A model generated the notes under the pieces. It was given only the letters and a program-made list of their open reading frames with translations. It had not been told where the DNA came from and did not search any database. The position numbers and the translations under genes are program-made. This document shows positions 1 through 14,230 of a stretch of DNA of 64,000 nt, one piece after another (position 1 is the first letter of the stretch; every line of letters begins with the position of its first letter). This DNA comes from Eledone cirrhosa (lineage: Eukaryota): the NCBI GenBank assembly GCA_964016885.1, contig OZ024743.1, forward strand, positions 327,236,001 to 327,300,000. The letters run 5' to 3'.

Positions 1-3000
1 TATTAATTATATTTGATAGTGTTGGTGCTACAAAATATGCACCCAAAGCACCTTATACAGTGTTAGTGACAGTGCCACAAAAAAAAAAAAATAATAATGC
101 ACCCAGTACACTCTGTAAAATTGTAGTTGGAGTGCTATGAAAAAATAAAAACACCTAGTGGTTGGTATTAGGAAGGGCATCCAACTATAGAAACCATGCC
201 AATTATGGAATGTATGAGCATGAGAGGTTACTCTGACTCGCCCGAGCCATTCCAGCATGGAGAGTGGACTTAAAGTGATAATGATATATAGAGAAAATTT
301 AACTTTATTATGTTAAGGTATAAATTCTCAGTTTAATATTTATTTTAAATCATTACTCATTTGAGAATGAGTGCATACATAACATCTACTATTTGTAGTT
401 ATTCTCGGTTCTAGGTTATCATGTTGGGTAGATATGTTAGAGATGGAGAACACCTTAATATTTACATCATTGGAATCTAATTTTATATTTTAGTTGCTTT
501 ATTTAATTTATCTCTGGGATTTTTTACTATTACTTTTATTAGATTTATTTTAAAATAATTTCATTTTCTTCTGGTTATTAATAGCTATATTGTAAGCTAA
601 ATTATGTGTTGTGGAGTATAAAATTTTAGCTGCATTTTTATTAACAGTACCTGTGTACAGGTGGGAAATATGTTGGATGATATAAAAAAAATAACTTAGC
701 TATATTAGACAATACTTGGATTCTGTAAGCAGGATATACCAAGTATTTTTTCATCTTCTAAATTCTTTTATTAGTTGATACACAATGTTTATTAGTATCA
801 TTTAGATAATTATTGCATTTCACATTAAAATACCTAAAATTAATCTTATTACCTATTTCAGGATTTATCTTATTAATTTCTGTATCAAATTCATCAGTTC
901 AATGTTGTTTCCATTATTTAAATTAAGAAAACCAGAATTTGGTGGGCCCCACTTTCTAAAATTCCCTTTACATGAAAGGTTTGCTTTAGATGAAATCTCT
1001 CCACTTTGACTTTAGGAATTTGATTCAGAATTATTGTAATTTGCCTATGTTCTCTAACTTTCAAGTATGGGGTCCTGAATTTGTTTATTGCCACAGGTAT
1101 ATATGTTATTTTATCATTATAGCTTGGCCTGGCTAATGCCTTGTTATAATACTCAGCATTCTAGTTAAATATCTCTTGATTTGTTGAAACTTTAGAAATT
1201 CTATTTAACCCCCACCCCAACTATCATACTTATATCAAAACACAAGAATTTAAAACTTTTTTTATTTTTCAGTCCTACATGCCAAGTAATCACCTCATCG
1301 GTGTTTCCCCACAAACTAAGCCTGGCCTTCTCCTTTACAAGTGGCATTTATTTATCTAATATTTGATCATATATTCATCCCATATCTGGTGTAGAATGGC
1401 TAATGTGTCTAATGCATAGATTATTATTTAAGCCTGATTCATGATCCTTTAAGTTAAAATCTAGTAATTTGTCAGTAGTCTATATGGCTCAGTAAATTTG
1501 TTTAAGTAAAACTATGATCATATTTTCTCTCTTGATATTATTTCAATTAGTAGTATTAGTTATTTTTATAATTACTTTTCAATCCCTTATATTTAAATTT
1601 CTCATATGATTCTGAATCTTCTACATATATGTTCTGTGTTTTATCGGCTTTTATATGTAATCCTTTTTGTTTCCTTAGCTTATCCAGTTCATCCTATAAT
1701 CTGCTTTTTTTTATATGCCTCAGCCTTTTTGAATTTAATATTTTTAATCATTTAAATTAAGTCTTCTACACATTTTTCAAGCAAAGGGTTGTGGAATGTA
1801 TACATGTATATATATAATTTGGAGATTTTTTTTGGAAGCTGCTACAATGCAGGTGGGTTGTAAATATTAAAGCAAACAAAATTATGTGAAGAAAAAGAGA
1901 GGTAAATGTTGGGGGGAGAAGAGAAAGAAAAAGAAAAATGGGAGAAGAAAAAAAGGAAAAGAACCAAAGATATCGTTACTTTGGAAATGTTTATTAGTCC
2001 CTATATTTTGGATGTACCATCCATTATCAATTGTCCATTGTACGAAAGCCAACTCAATTATTTTCCTTTATCGGTGGGATTGACTAATCATCCGACACAC
2101 TTTTTAAACCTTATATTTAATTGAAACCAAAGACATTCAGTGTTTGATTTAGATATTTTGAATGCGTTGGATAATTTACATGATCTATAGTTTATTTACA
2201 TTGCTAACAGAGAAAATGGATGTTAAATTATAATGATGATGATGATTAACAAACAAAAACACTGCATTAGGGCTATGATTATTTAGTGTGGTTAGAAGTA
2301 ATAGAAAAGACAAGATTTCTTTCTTCCTTAATTTTCAATGCATTTCTTTAATGAAATTATTAAAAGGCTTTCATGTAGCAGAATCAAAAATGTATTTACA
2401 TGGAAGAGGCACTGCAATAGTGCATTAAAAAATATAAGTGGGTGGATATTTATAAGAAATAAACTCTATTTTAACATAAATCCAAAGTGCCTTGTTTTGG
2501 GGGGCAAATTCCTCTAATATCTTTTGTACTTTTTGCCATTCTAAATTGACACAAATCTGTTTTTTGATAGAAATGCAAGCTAGTGGAAACAATCGTTATT
2601 GAGATTTTATGCATCTTAAGAATGATTTAATTCTGTCCAAAGTAGAGAAACGTCTTTTGTTTGTAACCAAAGTTGCAAGGGTTGGTCAAGAAAGTTGAGA
2701 TAATCAAACAGTTTCAGACATAATATACCAGAAACCCAGTTTATGAATTAACTAAAAAATTGCATGCTTCACCTAGACTTTTTAAGTCATTGTCATTTCA
2801 CACATACCTAACCTTATTTACCAAAGATTTGTAATCAAACATATTAGGGAATTTACATGGTAAAACATCTATATGCTGCACAGGGAATATATGTACAGAT
2901 ACTTCAAATGTCTTCACATCAAGTAATGCAAAATACAAACATTCTTTGAGGAATCTTTTAAATTATTAATTCTGCCAATAATTTGGAAGAATTGGAAAGG

Positions 3001-3487
3001 GGTTAGCTACATTGGACAAATAAAAACATACATGGTTGTCCAAAACTTTTTACCAGGGCTTTCCAAATTATTCACTTGCAGCTTTTTAATCAGAAAATAT
3101 ATTTTGCTACCGGTCACTAATTGTTATAAAAAATCTTAGATTTTAAGAATTCATGTTATAATCTGTTCATTTCAAAAGGCTGAAGTACAGTTCATATAAA
3201 TTTGTTTATTTAACATTATAATTATTTCTACTTTTGACACAAGGCCATTTTTTAACATTATAATGAGCACCAAAATGTATTAAAGCCAACCATTTTTAGT
3301 AATGAAGTTATAAACAAAACTATATTCTTTTATTCCTTGGAAAATAGGGAATTAAAACAATACCAGATGATAAATTTATTCTTAATATTTTGAGTTGAAA
3401 TTTGTTAGTCCAAGTCAAATTATTAACAGGAGGAAGGGAAGTTCACTTCACCATACATACAATTCTACATACACACAGATAAACACA

Positions 3488-4703
3488 TACAGGGGTAGTA
3501 CATAGGCTGACTATGAAGGAGTGAAGCTAGAGTTGTGAAATCTTGCACGCATTAATTTCAACTTTTCTTATTAATAACTGCATTGTTTTGTTTTGTTTTT
3601 CGGGTAAACTGGCATCTGGCAGTTCAAAGAAGGCTTCAAAAGTAACAAGTAGTAACATCTCTTGAAAATTGACAAAATGTGGCATTGTGGTGTTATCAAG
3701 TACCTACAGAAAAAAGGGTTTAGCCCCCAAGTATATTCATGCTGACATGGTTGCTACATTAGAGAATGGTTGCTACATTAGAGCTTTATCAACAGTGCTA
3801 AAGTAGGCAGCTGAATTTAGGAGGGGAAGGGAGAGTCTTGAAGATAACCCAAGGTCTGGATGTCCTACAACTGCCACAACCAAGGAAAACATTGACTATA
3901 TTCACCACATGGTGATGAATGACAGGCAATTGACTATAAATCAAATAGCCAATGCTATTAGCATATCCTGTAGAAAGTTGACAATATTCTACACAAAGAA
4001 CATGGCATGTCTAAGGTTTCAGCTTGGTGGGTGTAATGTCTTTCGACACCTGATCAAAAGGGCACCAGGCTGATTACATCATGGGAATCTAACATTGTTT
4101 GAGGCAGATCCAGCTGGTTTCCTTGAATGTTTCCTCACCCAGGATGAGTGTTGGCCTCATCACTTTGAGCCAGAGACAAAGAGACAATCCATGTAGTGGA
4201 AACACCCCTCATCAGCTCCAAAAAAGGCTGAGGTTGTTTCATTTGCAGGAAAGGTGTTGGCCTCAGTTTTGGGGGATGCAAAAGGTTTTGTGTTTATTGA
4301 CTATCTACAAAAGGGTCACACCATCAATGGAGAGTACTATTTCAACTTGCTGAGGCAGTTACGAAAGGCTATAAAGACCAAATGTCCAGGAAAACTAATG
4401 AAAGGGGTTTTGTTTCATCAGGACAATGCTGGTTGATCACCCTCCTTATTCTCCTGATTTGGCCCCATCTGACTATCATCTGTTCCCCAACATGAAAAAG
4501 CACTTAGCTGGGAACCAGTATCACAGTGATGATGACATCATATCTGCTGTTGATGACTTTTTTACCAACAGCATGAAAGATTCTTCAACAATGAAAGAAG
4601 TGTGTGAACTGCAAGGGGGACTATGTTAAAAAATAAACCTCATTTGGTCACATTCTATGAGAGTATCTTGGTCAGCCTATGAACTTTTCAGCTGACCGTT
4701 GTA
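3488..4703 (+). mobile_element. Decayed mariner (Tc1/mariner) DNA transposon
   Basis: Frameshifted transposase fragments with mariner motifs (GHTINGEYY, FHQDNA, HPPYSPDLAPSDYHLFP). Degenerate TIRs (CATAGGCTGAC near 3501, GTCAGCCTATG at 4671) and TA at both ends. Confidence 0.9.
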
Positions 4704-6316
4704 ATACACGCACCACATACAGAAACACAAATGCATACATGTAGATAAACAGATAATATACACACACACCATGTGCACACAACACAAAAATAAATACACT
4801 ATATACACATCACAGCAATGTAACGGTCTTAGCGGTAAAAGATCCAAATCATGCACAACTGTCCTAAATTACACATTTTAACTCTCAGCAAGTTTTGATT
4901 ATGCTGTTTGTTATTTTACCTTTCACTGTACTGATTCTTTGTAGCTCGACCTCAATAGATTAAATTCTGTTGAGATGACATTGTAAAGATGAAACAAAGC
5001 TTAATTCTCTTGAAGGATAATGTATTAAAACCATTGAGGATTATTTTATTCTTTAATAGTTGGAATGAAAATATATCAGCCCCAGTCATGCTTTAGGGTT
5101 ACAGCATATACAACAAATGAAGAATAACCAGCAATTCTTTTCTGAGACGTTCTAATCACATGCCCATAGAATTGGAGCTGTGATCTCTCAATTCGGAGAA
5201 GTAGCAGTTCTGCCTGGATTGACTCTTTGATCTCCGAGCTACACTATCAAGTAACGTTACTCCGAAATCCATTCGGAGGAATACATTTTTGTTGCTTGTA
5301 TTTGCAATTGTATTCTTTTGGTCATTACTCAAGTGTCATGTCCATAGGAAAGGGTTGGCATATATACCTAATTTAAGATAGTGAGTTTAGCTTTTACACC
5401 TACCTAACCTTACAGATGAGCTGAGGTAGACCCCAAGCAAGATAGTTGGATAACATCCATGAGCTCAGCTGGTCTTGCTTGGGGATCCAGTTAGATCAAT
5501 TGGAGATGGTTACTTCTGACAGGACCCACTGGAATAAGTGGGCGAAGTTTATGGCATCTAGCCATAGAAAACTTGCCAAACAAAGGTCCGTTAACACTAG
5601 TCCCTAGTGCCAGTGGGTGGAGTGCACCTGGTGTAACTGTAGTGTGTGGGGAATGTATGTATGTGAGATGTGGACCCCAGCCAATCTGAGAGGTAAGTAG
5701 CTCTGGTTAAATAATGACTTGGTCAGTGACGACTCATCCAAACCTTGCTAATATGGAAAACAGATGTTTAATGATATATATATCATCATCATCATCATTT
5801 TACGTCCGCTCTTCCCTGCTTGCATATATATATATTTATTCACATTTACATTATTCATTTTCTATTTTTCTCTCTTTTAATTATAACCCCACCTAAGTTA
5901 TATTCCCAGCTTTATATTTAGTACAGGTTATCCCCTCTGCACTGATATAATTTAGTCAGTGAAATTTGTTATGTCTGAACACTTTTATTTAATTACTGTT
6001 ATATGCTTCCATAATTTTTTAACGGTTTTGAAAACATTTTAAAAGTATTTTTTTTTCACAACTTCACTTATGTGCCTTTTAATTCCCATTGATATACATC
6101 TAGCTCTATATTTACTGTATGTTATTTTTTTCTAATGATAGTGAAATATCTATAGTTACTGAACATAAATATCACGTCATATTAATTACGATTTTAGGCT
6201 TTCATAATTTTAACGTTTTGCCTATTATTTTAAACGTTGTTATTTACAACTTCGCATACGAAGTCACAACATTCCTTCCACTTAAAATATGTAAGGTAAG
6301 TTTTTTAAATTCAATT

Positions 6317-6392
6317 GGACTCTGATGAGCTATGCTTCCAAGAACGAACTTTATTTGATAGCTGGTTAGTCTCGTGAAACTGTCATAAGTCT
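6317..6392 (+). ncRNA. Degenerate type I hammerhead ribozyme motif (Penelope-like pLTR remnant)
   Basis: GGACT-CTGATGA-GC...GT-GAAAC-TGTC-ATA-AGTCT. Stem I GGACT/AGTCT and internal stem AGCTAT/ATAGCT. The triplet ATA where GTA is expected fits CpG decay. Confidence 0.55.
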
Positions 6393-6789
6393 ATCAAATG
6401 TTTTAACAATAATCCTTGTCTCAATATTCGTTTTATATATATATATATACACACACGCATATACGCCGAGGTTAACTTTGCCTTACATCCTTACGGGGGT
6501 CGATAAAATAAAGTACCAGTAATACACTGGATAATTGCTGGCCTTGTGCCAAAAGTAGAAACAATTATCTTATTTCTTAAATTCTGCCGTGCTGTTCGTA
6601 CGTAAGTCAAGCTATTCACTGTCTTTGAACGAATCGCCAGATAAGCAATTCTCCTTTTTTCTTGTATATTTTCCTCATTCAATTCATAACTAATAACTTT
6701 CCTCTCCCTCCTTTGTTTCTCTAGTTTGCAAACTTTCTTCCCCCTTTAACTTTCTATAATAACTTGATTGTTCTTCTAGATTACGAACA

Positions 6790-8930
6790 TGGGGTGCTCT
6801 GCTCGGCTCTCACCATATTCCATCCGCCCACCCCTTTCGCTAGGATAATTTCTTCATGTCACCCCCTCCCTCATATGACAATAGCGGCTCACTGTGCTGA
6901 CCGTAACTATGCTGAGGAGAGCCAATAATAGTCCCATATGATGCGGGAGTGTAGCCCAACTAGGTGTCAGCGCGAATAAAATTATGACTGCTTGATGCAA
7001 ACGAGGGTCTAGGAGAGCAGTTACTCTGAACTACACAGGGCAGACGTGGGCTTTGTAAGCTATGGAGAAAGAAGCCCGTCTATAAGGGCACTTACTCTGA
7101 TTAAAATATGACTGTACAGGCAGGAAAGCAGCCACTCAATAAAAATTGATATAGGGTGGAGGGAACCCTGGAGTCCAGTAAGACAACCTCTCTAGTGCTG
7201 GTGGCACAAAGAATGCACCCTCTATGCTGTAAAGTGTTTGGTGATAGGAAAGTCATCCAGTCAAAAAATCCCTGCCAAAACTATGAAAATGCAACATATA
7301 AGACTCACATTAATTGTATATACAAGACTAAGACTATCATGGTAGTGAAGTGGCTAGAGTAGCCATGTGTGAGAACCCCTCAAATACCATCAAGTAGTCT
7401 CACATCCTTTTCCCCTTTCAGATACAAAGCACCTAATCACTGACAGGTAACACATCCTAGGGCTGCCACATTCAATGTGGGCAGCCAGAAAGGTAGACCA
7501 AGAGAAATTGTGGGGTTGCTTTAGAGGAGACAAGTGAATGTACACTGTACAAGAGGTGAGATGAAGTGGTGCCTCAGCAAGACTACTCACTGGCAAGCAA
7601 CATAGTTACAAGCTTTTCTGGGTAGGAAATGATGGGATAGGAGGAGGTAGGCATCCAACTAGCTGAGAAGTGGATAGATAAGGTAATAGAGGTAGTTTGA
7701 GTAAGTGACAGAATTATCAAACTCAGAATGGTTGTAGGCAATAGAATTACAACAATAATCTCTACATATACACCACAAGCAGATTCGAGTAAAGAAATGA
7801 GCAACTCTTATAGAGTTATTAGTGACATCAGAATAAGTACAAGACTCACAGGAAAATATGGAGAAGGATAATTTGGAAGTTAAAGGATCTTTCTATTAAA
7901 TATAGGTTTAGAAAAGCTCTACAGGATGCATATGTGAGAGGGAAGATGAGTTAGATACAGAGGACAATTGTTAGACATAGAGGACAATTAGAAATTCTTT
8001 CATGACAAACTATTGCAAACTACTGATGAGACTTGCAGCAGGAGCAAAGCACCAGGCAGACAGTTATCAAAATTAACAGTTATAATGTTAAAGAAGCAAT
8101 CAAGGAGATGAAGAATGGCAAAGCTGCTGGATTGTCAGAGATAGTTGCTGAAATGTTAAAAGCATTGGGAGAAGTAGGAGTTGAATTAGTCACCGGTATA
8201 GTCAATCAGGTAATACAGGATGGTGTCTTACCCAATGACTGGTGCAGCAGCATAATCGTTAATTGTTTCAAGGGAAAAGGTAATGCTCTAGAAAGGAGCA
8301 ACTACAGAGGCAAAAAACTAACAGACCAAGTTATGAAAATGATGGAAAGAGTTCTAGCATATCTAATTAGGGAAAGAGTCAAATTAGACGAAATGCAGCT
8401 CGGTTTTGTGCCAGGGAGTACTACTACAGATGCCCTCTTCCTAGTGAAACAACTACAAGAGAAGGTATAGGTAGGAGTGCATCAGGGTCCTCAGCCCACT
8501 TCTGTTCATTATAGTTTTCCAGGCTATAACAAAGGAGTTTAAAACTGGCTGTCCATGGGAACTTCTTTGTGCTGATGACCTGGTTCTTATAGTTGAATCC
8601 ATGAAAGATCTAGAGAATAAGTTCCAATTGTGGAAACAGAATTTAGAATCAAAAGAGAGTAAACTTAGCTAAAACTAAAGTGTTAGTAAGTAGGATAGAA
8701 ACTGCCCTGATCCCATCAACGAGGTAGCCCTGTTCCATGTGCAAAAAAGGAGTAGGCAGAAATCTATACAATGTACACAATGCAAATCTTGAGTACAGAT
8801 GAGGTGTAGTGGGATAGCAGGTAGACTAATAGGAAAGGAAGACTTTGTATATAATAGATCTACAGGGGTAATTGATAGTAAGAAGGTCAGAGATATAAAC
8901 CTTTTCCAATCCCATGAAGGATCCCATAGT
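6790..8930 (+). mobile_element. Decayed RTE-clade LINE (5' UTR-like segment, endonuclease and RT fragments)
   Basis: ORF 8033-8470 (MKNGKAAG, KGKGNALERSNYRG, LGFVPG..TTDALF) is homologous to the RT ORFs at 52062-53156 and 56599-57372. Many stops elsewhere. Confidence 0.8.
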
Positions 8931-9441
8931 TGGTAATTGATGATCGATTGCTTAGATCGATTTTAAATTTTGGTCCTTCGAATCATGAAATAATGCTATA
9001 AGGAATTATAATTTTTTCCATCTAAACTACATATTCTTCCTTGATATATGTGCTTTGTATACATGCAAGATACTGTGTGTTCTCATAAGATATATGGTCC
9101 TGTTTCTCTCTATATATATATCTAAATATATCTATTAATTTGAATTATTGATGCTCTGGACAAATGTCCTTAAAACTTTTCTATTGAGATGCACAAATAT
9201 CAGACATAATTGATATGTTTTGATACCTTAAATTTGTATATATATATATAATATTAAAGATACTATTTATAGTTATGTATATACTATACTATAGACAACT
9301 ATAAACAGGGAAGGTCAGTAATTAATTACTACCTTATTACCAGTAAGATAAATAGCTCAATGTAAGAACATCAGTTGTTTTACAGAGCAGTTATATTTTT
9401 TGAATACACAAGAATCAAAGTTATGTTTAAAACATTTAATC

Positions 9442-9486
9442 GCTGACAATTATTTCTTCCAAACCTAGACTTGGAGTTTTCTGAGC
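9442..9486 (-). ncRNA. Decayed hammerhead-like motif
   Basis: Minus strand GCT-CAGAAAA-CTCCAAG..TTTGGAA-GAAAT-AATT-GTC-AGC. The stems and palindromic loop III are retained but the CUGANGA core is mutated. Confidence 0.4.
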
Positions 9487-9692
9487 ATTATATATACATT
9501 CAATGTATATATATATACATTCAATGTATATATATATATATATATAAGGGTTAAAATACTGGAGCGTGTTGGAGTTAAACACCCTCTTCATATTATAGAA
9601 ATGACAGTAAAAGGTATAGCTCAATGTAGTTAAACAGAGCCGAAAAATTAAGAAAGTAAAACAAAGAAGCCTTCAATACATCAAAAGTCTTT

Positions 9693-9737
9693 ATTAGCCG
9701 ACAATGTTTCGTCCTATTAAGGACTCATCAGGGCAAT
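9693..9737 (-). ncRNA. Minimal type I hammerhead ribozyme (mirror copy)
   Basis: Exact reverse complement of 9896-9940. Confidence 0.8.
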
Positions 9738-9895
9738 TAAAACAACAAGAAGTAATATCGGCAGATACAAGCCGGAAGCTCCGAAGAATATGGAGTGTAC
9801 ATACACTAAAGTATTGCAATACTTTAGTGTATGTACACTCCATATTCTTCGGAGCTTCCGGCTTGTATCTGCCGATATTACTTCTTGTTGTTTTA

Positions 9896-9940
9896 ATTGC
9901 CCTGATGAGTCCTTAATAGGACGAAACATTGTCGGCTAAT
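9896..9940 (+). ncRNA. Minimal type I hammerhead ribozyme
   Basis: GCC-CTGATGA-GTCC-TTAATA-GGAC-GAAAC-ATT-GTC-GGC: intact core, 4-bp stem II, GUC triplet, stem I GCC/GGC. AATAAA follows at 9938-9943. Confidence 0.8.
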
Positions 9941-10202
9941 AAAGACTTTTGATGTATTGAAGGCTTCTTTGTTTTACTTTCTTAATATATATATATATAT
10001 TAATTTAGAATAAATCATTTTCAAATACGAAAACAGATAAAGGTAGGTGAAGTTATTACAGCTCAAAATATGAGATTTATTATAATAAACTACTCAGAAG
10101 GCTATATACAAGATTTACTTGTATGAACTCCTTGTTTCAATTGTTTAAATACACTCATAGAGCAAATATAACATTGAAAATATGACCAAATTATATCATA
10201 TT

Positions 10203-10296
10203 TTAATCAACACATGTTTCTTCCATTCCATAGGACATACAATTAAATATTAGTTAATTAATTATATGAACCAATGATTGGGTTCGTCAGAATTAA
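10203..10296 (-). ncRNA. Hammerhead motif with extended, imperfect stem II
   Basis: Minus strand TTAATT-CTGACGA-...-GAAAC-ATGT-GTT-GATTAA. 6-bp stem I, palindromic ACATGT, internal hairpin CATATAATTAA/TTAATTGTATG. The base of stem II is mispaired. Confidence 0.5.
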
Positions 10297-10380
10297 TTTT
10301 TTAAAATGCAAGAATCATTACCTCTTCAATTCATTTTGTATATGAGTTTACATTACTGGTAAAACGATTTTTACCAGTAA

Positions 10381-11512
<1,132 letters not shown>

Positions 11513-11595
11513 CATAAATACAGAAGGTTAGTTATCAGTCACTGGTATACAGAAAATCTCAATGAAAGATAGCTAAAATTATCAATTTAGAGAAT

Positions 11596-12020
11596 TATAT
11601 ACATACAGAATAATCTTACAAAGTTAACATGAGGTAAATTCCTAGTAAAGCAACCTAAAATAAGATCATTTCACCATTAATCTCGCCGTTACTATGGTTT
11701 CAACTCAGAAGACAGCATTAGCCATTTTAATACAGACAATACTGAAGAAATTCAGTTTCATCAGAGGGCTTCTTTGAAAGTATAAAATAATATTCACCTG
11801 TTAGTTAATGGAATAAGTCCATTGCCAATCCAGCATGGAGTAAAATTTCAAACATGCGTAAACCAACCAACCAAATAAATATTTGTCCATCACAGACACT
11901 ATCTTATCAGTTGAAAACACGGTAAGGGCAAGATTAATGGTAAAGTGATCTTCTTTTAGATTGCTTTTCCAGGAACCTACCCATTGTTAACTTAGTAAAA
12001 GTTATTCTATCTGTATATAT
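11596..12020. repeat. Diverged inverted repeat (Penelope-like pLTR pair)
   Basis: Arm ~11596-11715 (AGAATAATCTTACAAAGTTAACA...GATCATTTCACCATTAATCT) is the imperfect reverse complement of ~11895-12020 (AGATTAATGGTAAAGTGATC...TGTTAACTTAGTAAAAGTTATTCT). Confidence 0.75.
11685..11769 (-). ncRNA. Type I hammerhead motif with long stem II insertion
   Basis: Minus strand GCCCT-CTGATGA-AACT...AGTT-GAAAC-CATA-GTA-ACGGC. Intact core, GUA triplet, stem I 4/5 paired. The opposite arm retains the perfectly matching AGGGC. Confidence 0.65.
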
Positions 12021-12087
12021 ATATATATATACACATACACTGATGTTTAGAAAAGCCCCTTGTTTTTGGATATTACATTATTAGTAT

Positions 12088-12277
12088 TCAAATAGAAATT
12101 TGAAGAATACCAAAATAAGATGTATCCCATGTTTGTGTAAAGTTTATATAAGAGTTCCTTGGTATTTTCCTAATTCCAATTTGATCGTTTATTTCGAAAT
12201 AATCTACAACAGAATGTGACAGGCTATCCACAGCATTTTTGGCATTTCTTGATGAAGTCAAGTGGATAAGATTCCCT
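12088..12277 (-). CDS. TNF-superfamily ligand, terminal coding exon
   Basis: Acceptor TTTTCTTTCCAG, phase 2. Reads (R)GNLIHLTSSRNAKNAVDSLSHSVVDYFEINDQIGIRKIPRNSYINFTQTWDTSYFGILQISI*. SYFGILQI matches the terminal TNF strand (T/S-Y/F-FG). Confidence 0.8.
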
Positions 12278-12960
12278 CTGGAAAGAAAACCAAAACATTA
12301 AAGAATTTCTGGAGTATATTAAACTATTTATACTTTTTGAAAAAATAGGTATTTGTTTACCATAACCTTGAGTCAATGCAAGCCTTGTAAGTGAAATTGG
12401 TTAGACAGAAACTGTTTGGAAGTTCATTGGATGGACTGTTTTGTAATTCAAAGGGCCAGCCTTGTTATACACTCAGTCATGTTGAATCTCCCTGATAATT
12501 ATTCTAAGAGTACAGATGCATGTAGAATGCTAAGTCACTTTGATGTTAATTCCATGAACAGGTTGTTCCATTGACTGAACAACTAGAACATTCATTGTTG
12601 AAACTGACAAAGATCCATTCCATTTTAATTAGGATATCAATAAAATAAAATATCATTTGTTTTTCATCAATTCATTTAAAGTTTTAATTACTTAATTCTA
12701 ATTAAGTATGCAACTATTTAAATCTTTTGAAAATCATCAAGAATTTGGTGGGATTTAGTAAAATAACTAAATTTCTTATTATTAAGCTGATATTAAGAAC
12801 ATAACGTAATATTCTTACATAGAATTATGACCGAATTTGTTTTACATAAATAGAAACACTTTAAAACAAACAGTTTTATATCATAGGAGCATGGCCAGTT
12901 TGGTAATAAAAGAGGCAATGAAAATTATGTGTTTGAAATAGAATCAGGAATAAACTTTAC

Positions 12961-13059
12961 CTGTTTTCCTGTGTAACAAAACTGGACATCAGAGAATTTC
13001 TGGTTCCCGAACGTTTGATGAGGACTGTTTCATAACCATAGCTTAACAAATTACCATCT
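12961..13059 (-). CDS. TNF-superfamily ligand, internal exon
   Basis: 99 nt, phase 2 to 2, acceptor TTTTTTTAATGAAG, donor AG|GTAAAG. Reads DGNLLSYGYETVLIKRSGTRNSLMSSFVTQEN, in frame with both neighbours. Confidence 0.72.
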
Positions 13060-14230
13060 CTTCATTAAAAAAATCACCAAAAATTACAACTTTCAAAATA
13101 TAAGATATAAATCATTTTAAGACTTTGTTCTTGCAAATATTTTAATATTTTAATAGGCCATAATTGTCATCCCACCACTTACTGCTCCACTTACTACACA
13201 TGGCATACTTTCTATCCCTACCACGGAGAAAGGGGGACTCTTTAATTGAGTCAATGATCAATACCATCCCTAGTGCTGAGGCCATGATTAAATGCACCCC
13301 GTAAAGTAGTTGGTATTAAGAAGGCCTTCAAGCTGTAGAAACCATGCCAAAGGGTTGAAAGGACTCTTCTGTCATGATATAGCAACTTCTCTAGTGTTGG
13401 TACTAGGAAGGACATCCAGCTGTAGAAATCATGCCAAACAAAGGGTCAAGAGGACTCTTCAGTTGTGTCAAGTGCACAGCAGCCTCTCTAGTATTGGTCA
13501 CATGATAGAACACACCCTGCATGACCTGCAAAGTGGTTGGTGATAGAAAGGGTTTTCAACCACAGAAAACGTTGTGAGGTCTGTTTAGTCATGTCAGAAA
13601 TGTGACTACCTTCCTAGTGCTGATGCCACAACAATGCACTTTGTGCACTCCTGTAGAGAGAAAGGGGCACAAGAACATATGTAAATAAAGTGTGGCCCAC
13701 AGCCCATCTGAAAGGTCAGTAACTCTGATTAAGACTTGTTCTGTGATGACCTGTCCAACCCTTCTCAAAAGAGAAAAGGGATGTTAAATAATGATGGTGA
13801 TGAATATAACTGAGAGTTTCACTTACACAAAATTTCAGGGCTGTCTGCCATTTGTTTTTAAAATCAGAATGTGTTCTTTAGATAATGATTGCGCTCATCA
13901 TTAAGGGTGTAATTAATTAAAATTTGCTGGCTTACTACATTGACTGTTATGTTTTATGCAATAGGTGTCCCAGTGTATTCTACCCCCCCCCCCTCACACA
14001 CACACACATACACTCATCATTCTTCTCTGTAAACAATGTAAATGAAATTTCCCTCTTAGTTGGAGAAAGAAAATAAAAGCCTAGCTGTATTTTTTTATAA
14101 CACAAAATGTCTGCATAAATAGAATGCATTTATATTTAAAAAAAGACAAGAAATGGGAGAAGACATGGCCACTCAATCACACTTCACTACAAAGGCACTG
14201 TAGTTTCCCTGTCATAATGTTTTAGGCATG

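Larger units (their letters stand above)
9647..9986. repeat. Perfect 340-bp spacerless palindrome (inverted Penelope-like pLTR pair)
   Basis: Centre ATTG|CAAT at 9816/9817. ORFs 9704-9916(+) and 9717-9929(-) are identical. Each arm carries a hammerhead, and (TA)n tracts lie nearby on both sides. Confidence 0.9.

Noticed and set aside
415-1367. Possible plus-strand exons (YLCTGG; WGPEFVYCH|SPTCQVITSSVFPHKLSLAFSFTSGIYLSNI*) of a WD40-like gene end
   Set aside because: Could not build a consistent stop-free spliced model and recognised no family. Needs RNA-seq.
9704-9929. Identical 70-aa ORFs on both strands
   Set aside because: A by-product of the perfect palindrome, with no recognisable protein motif.
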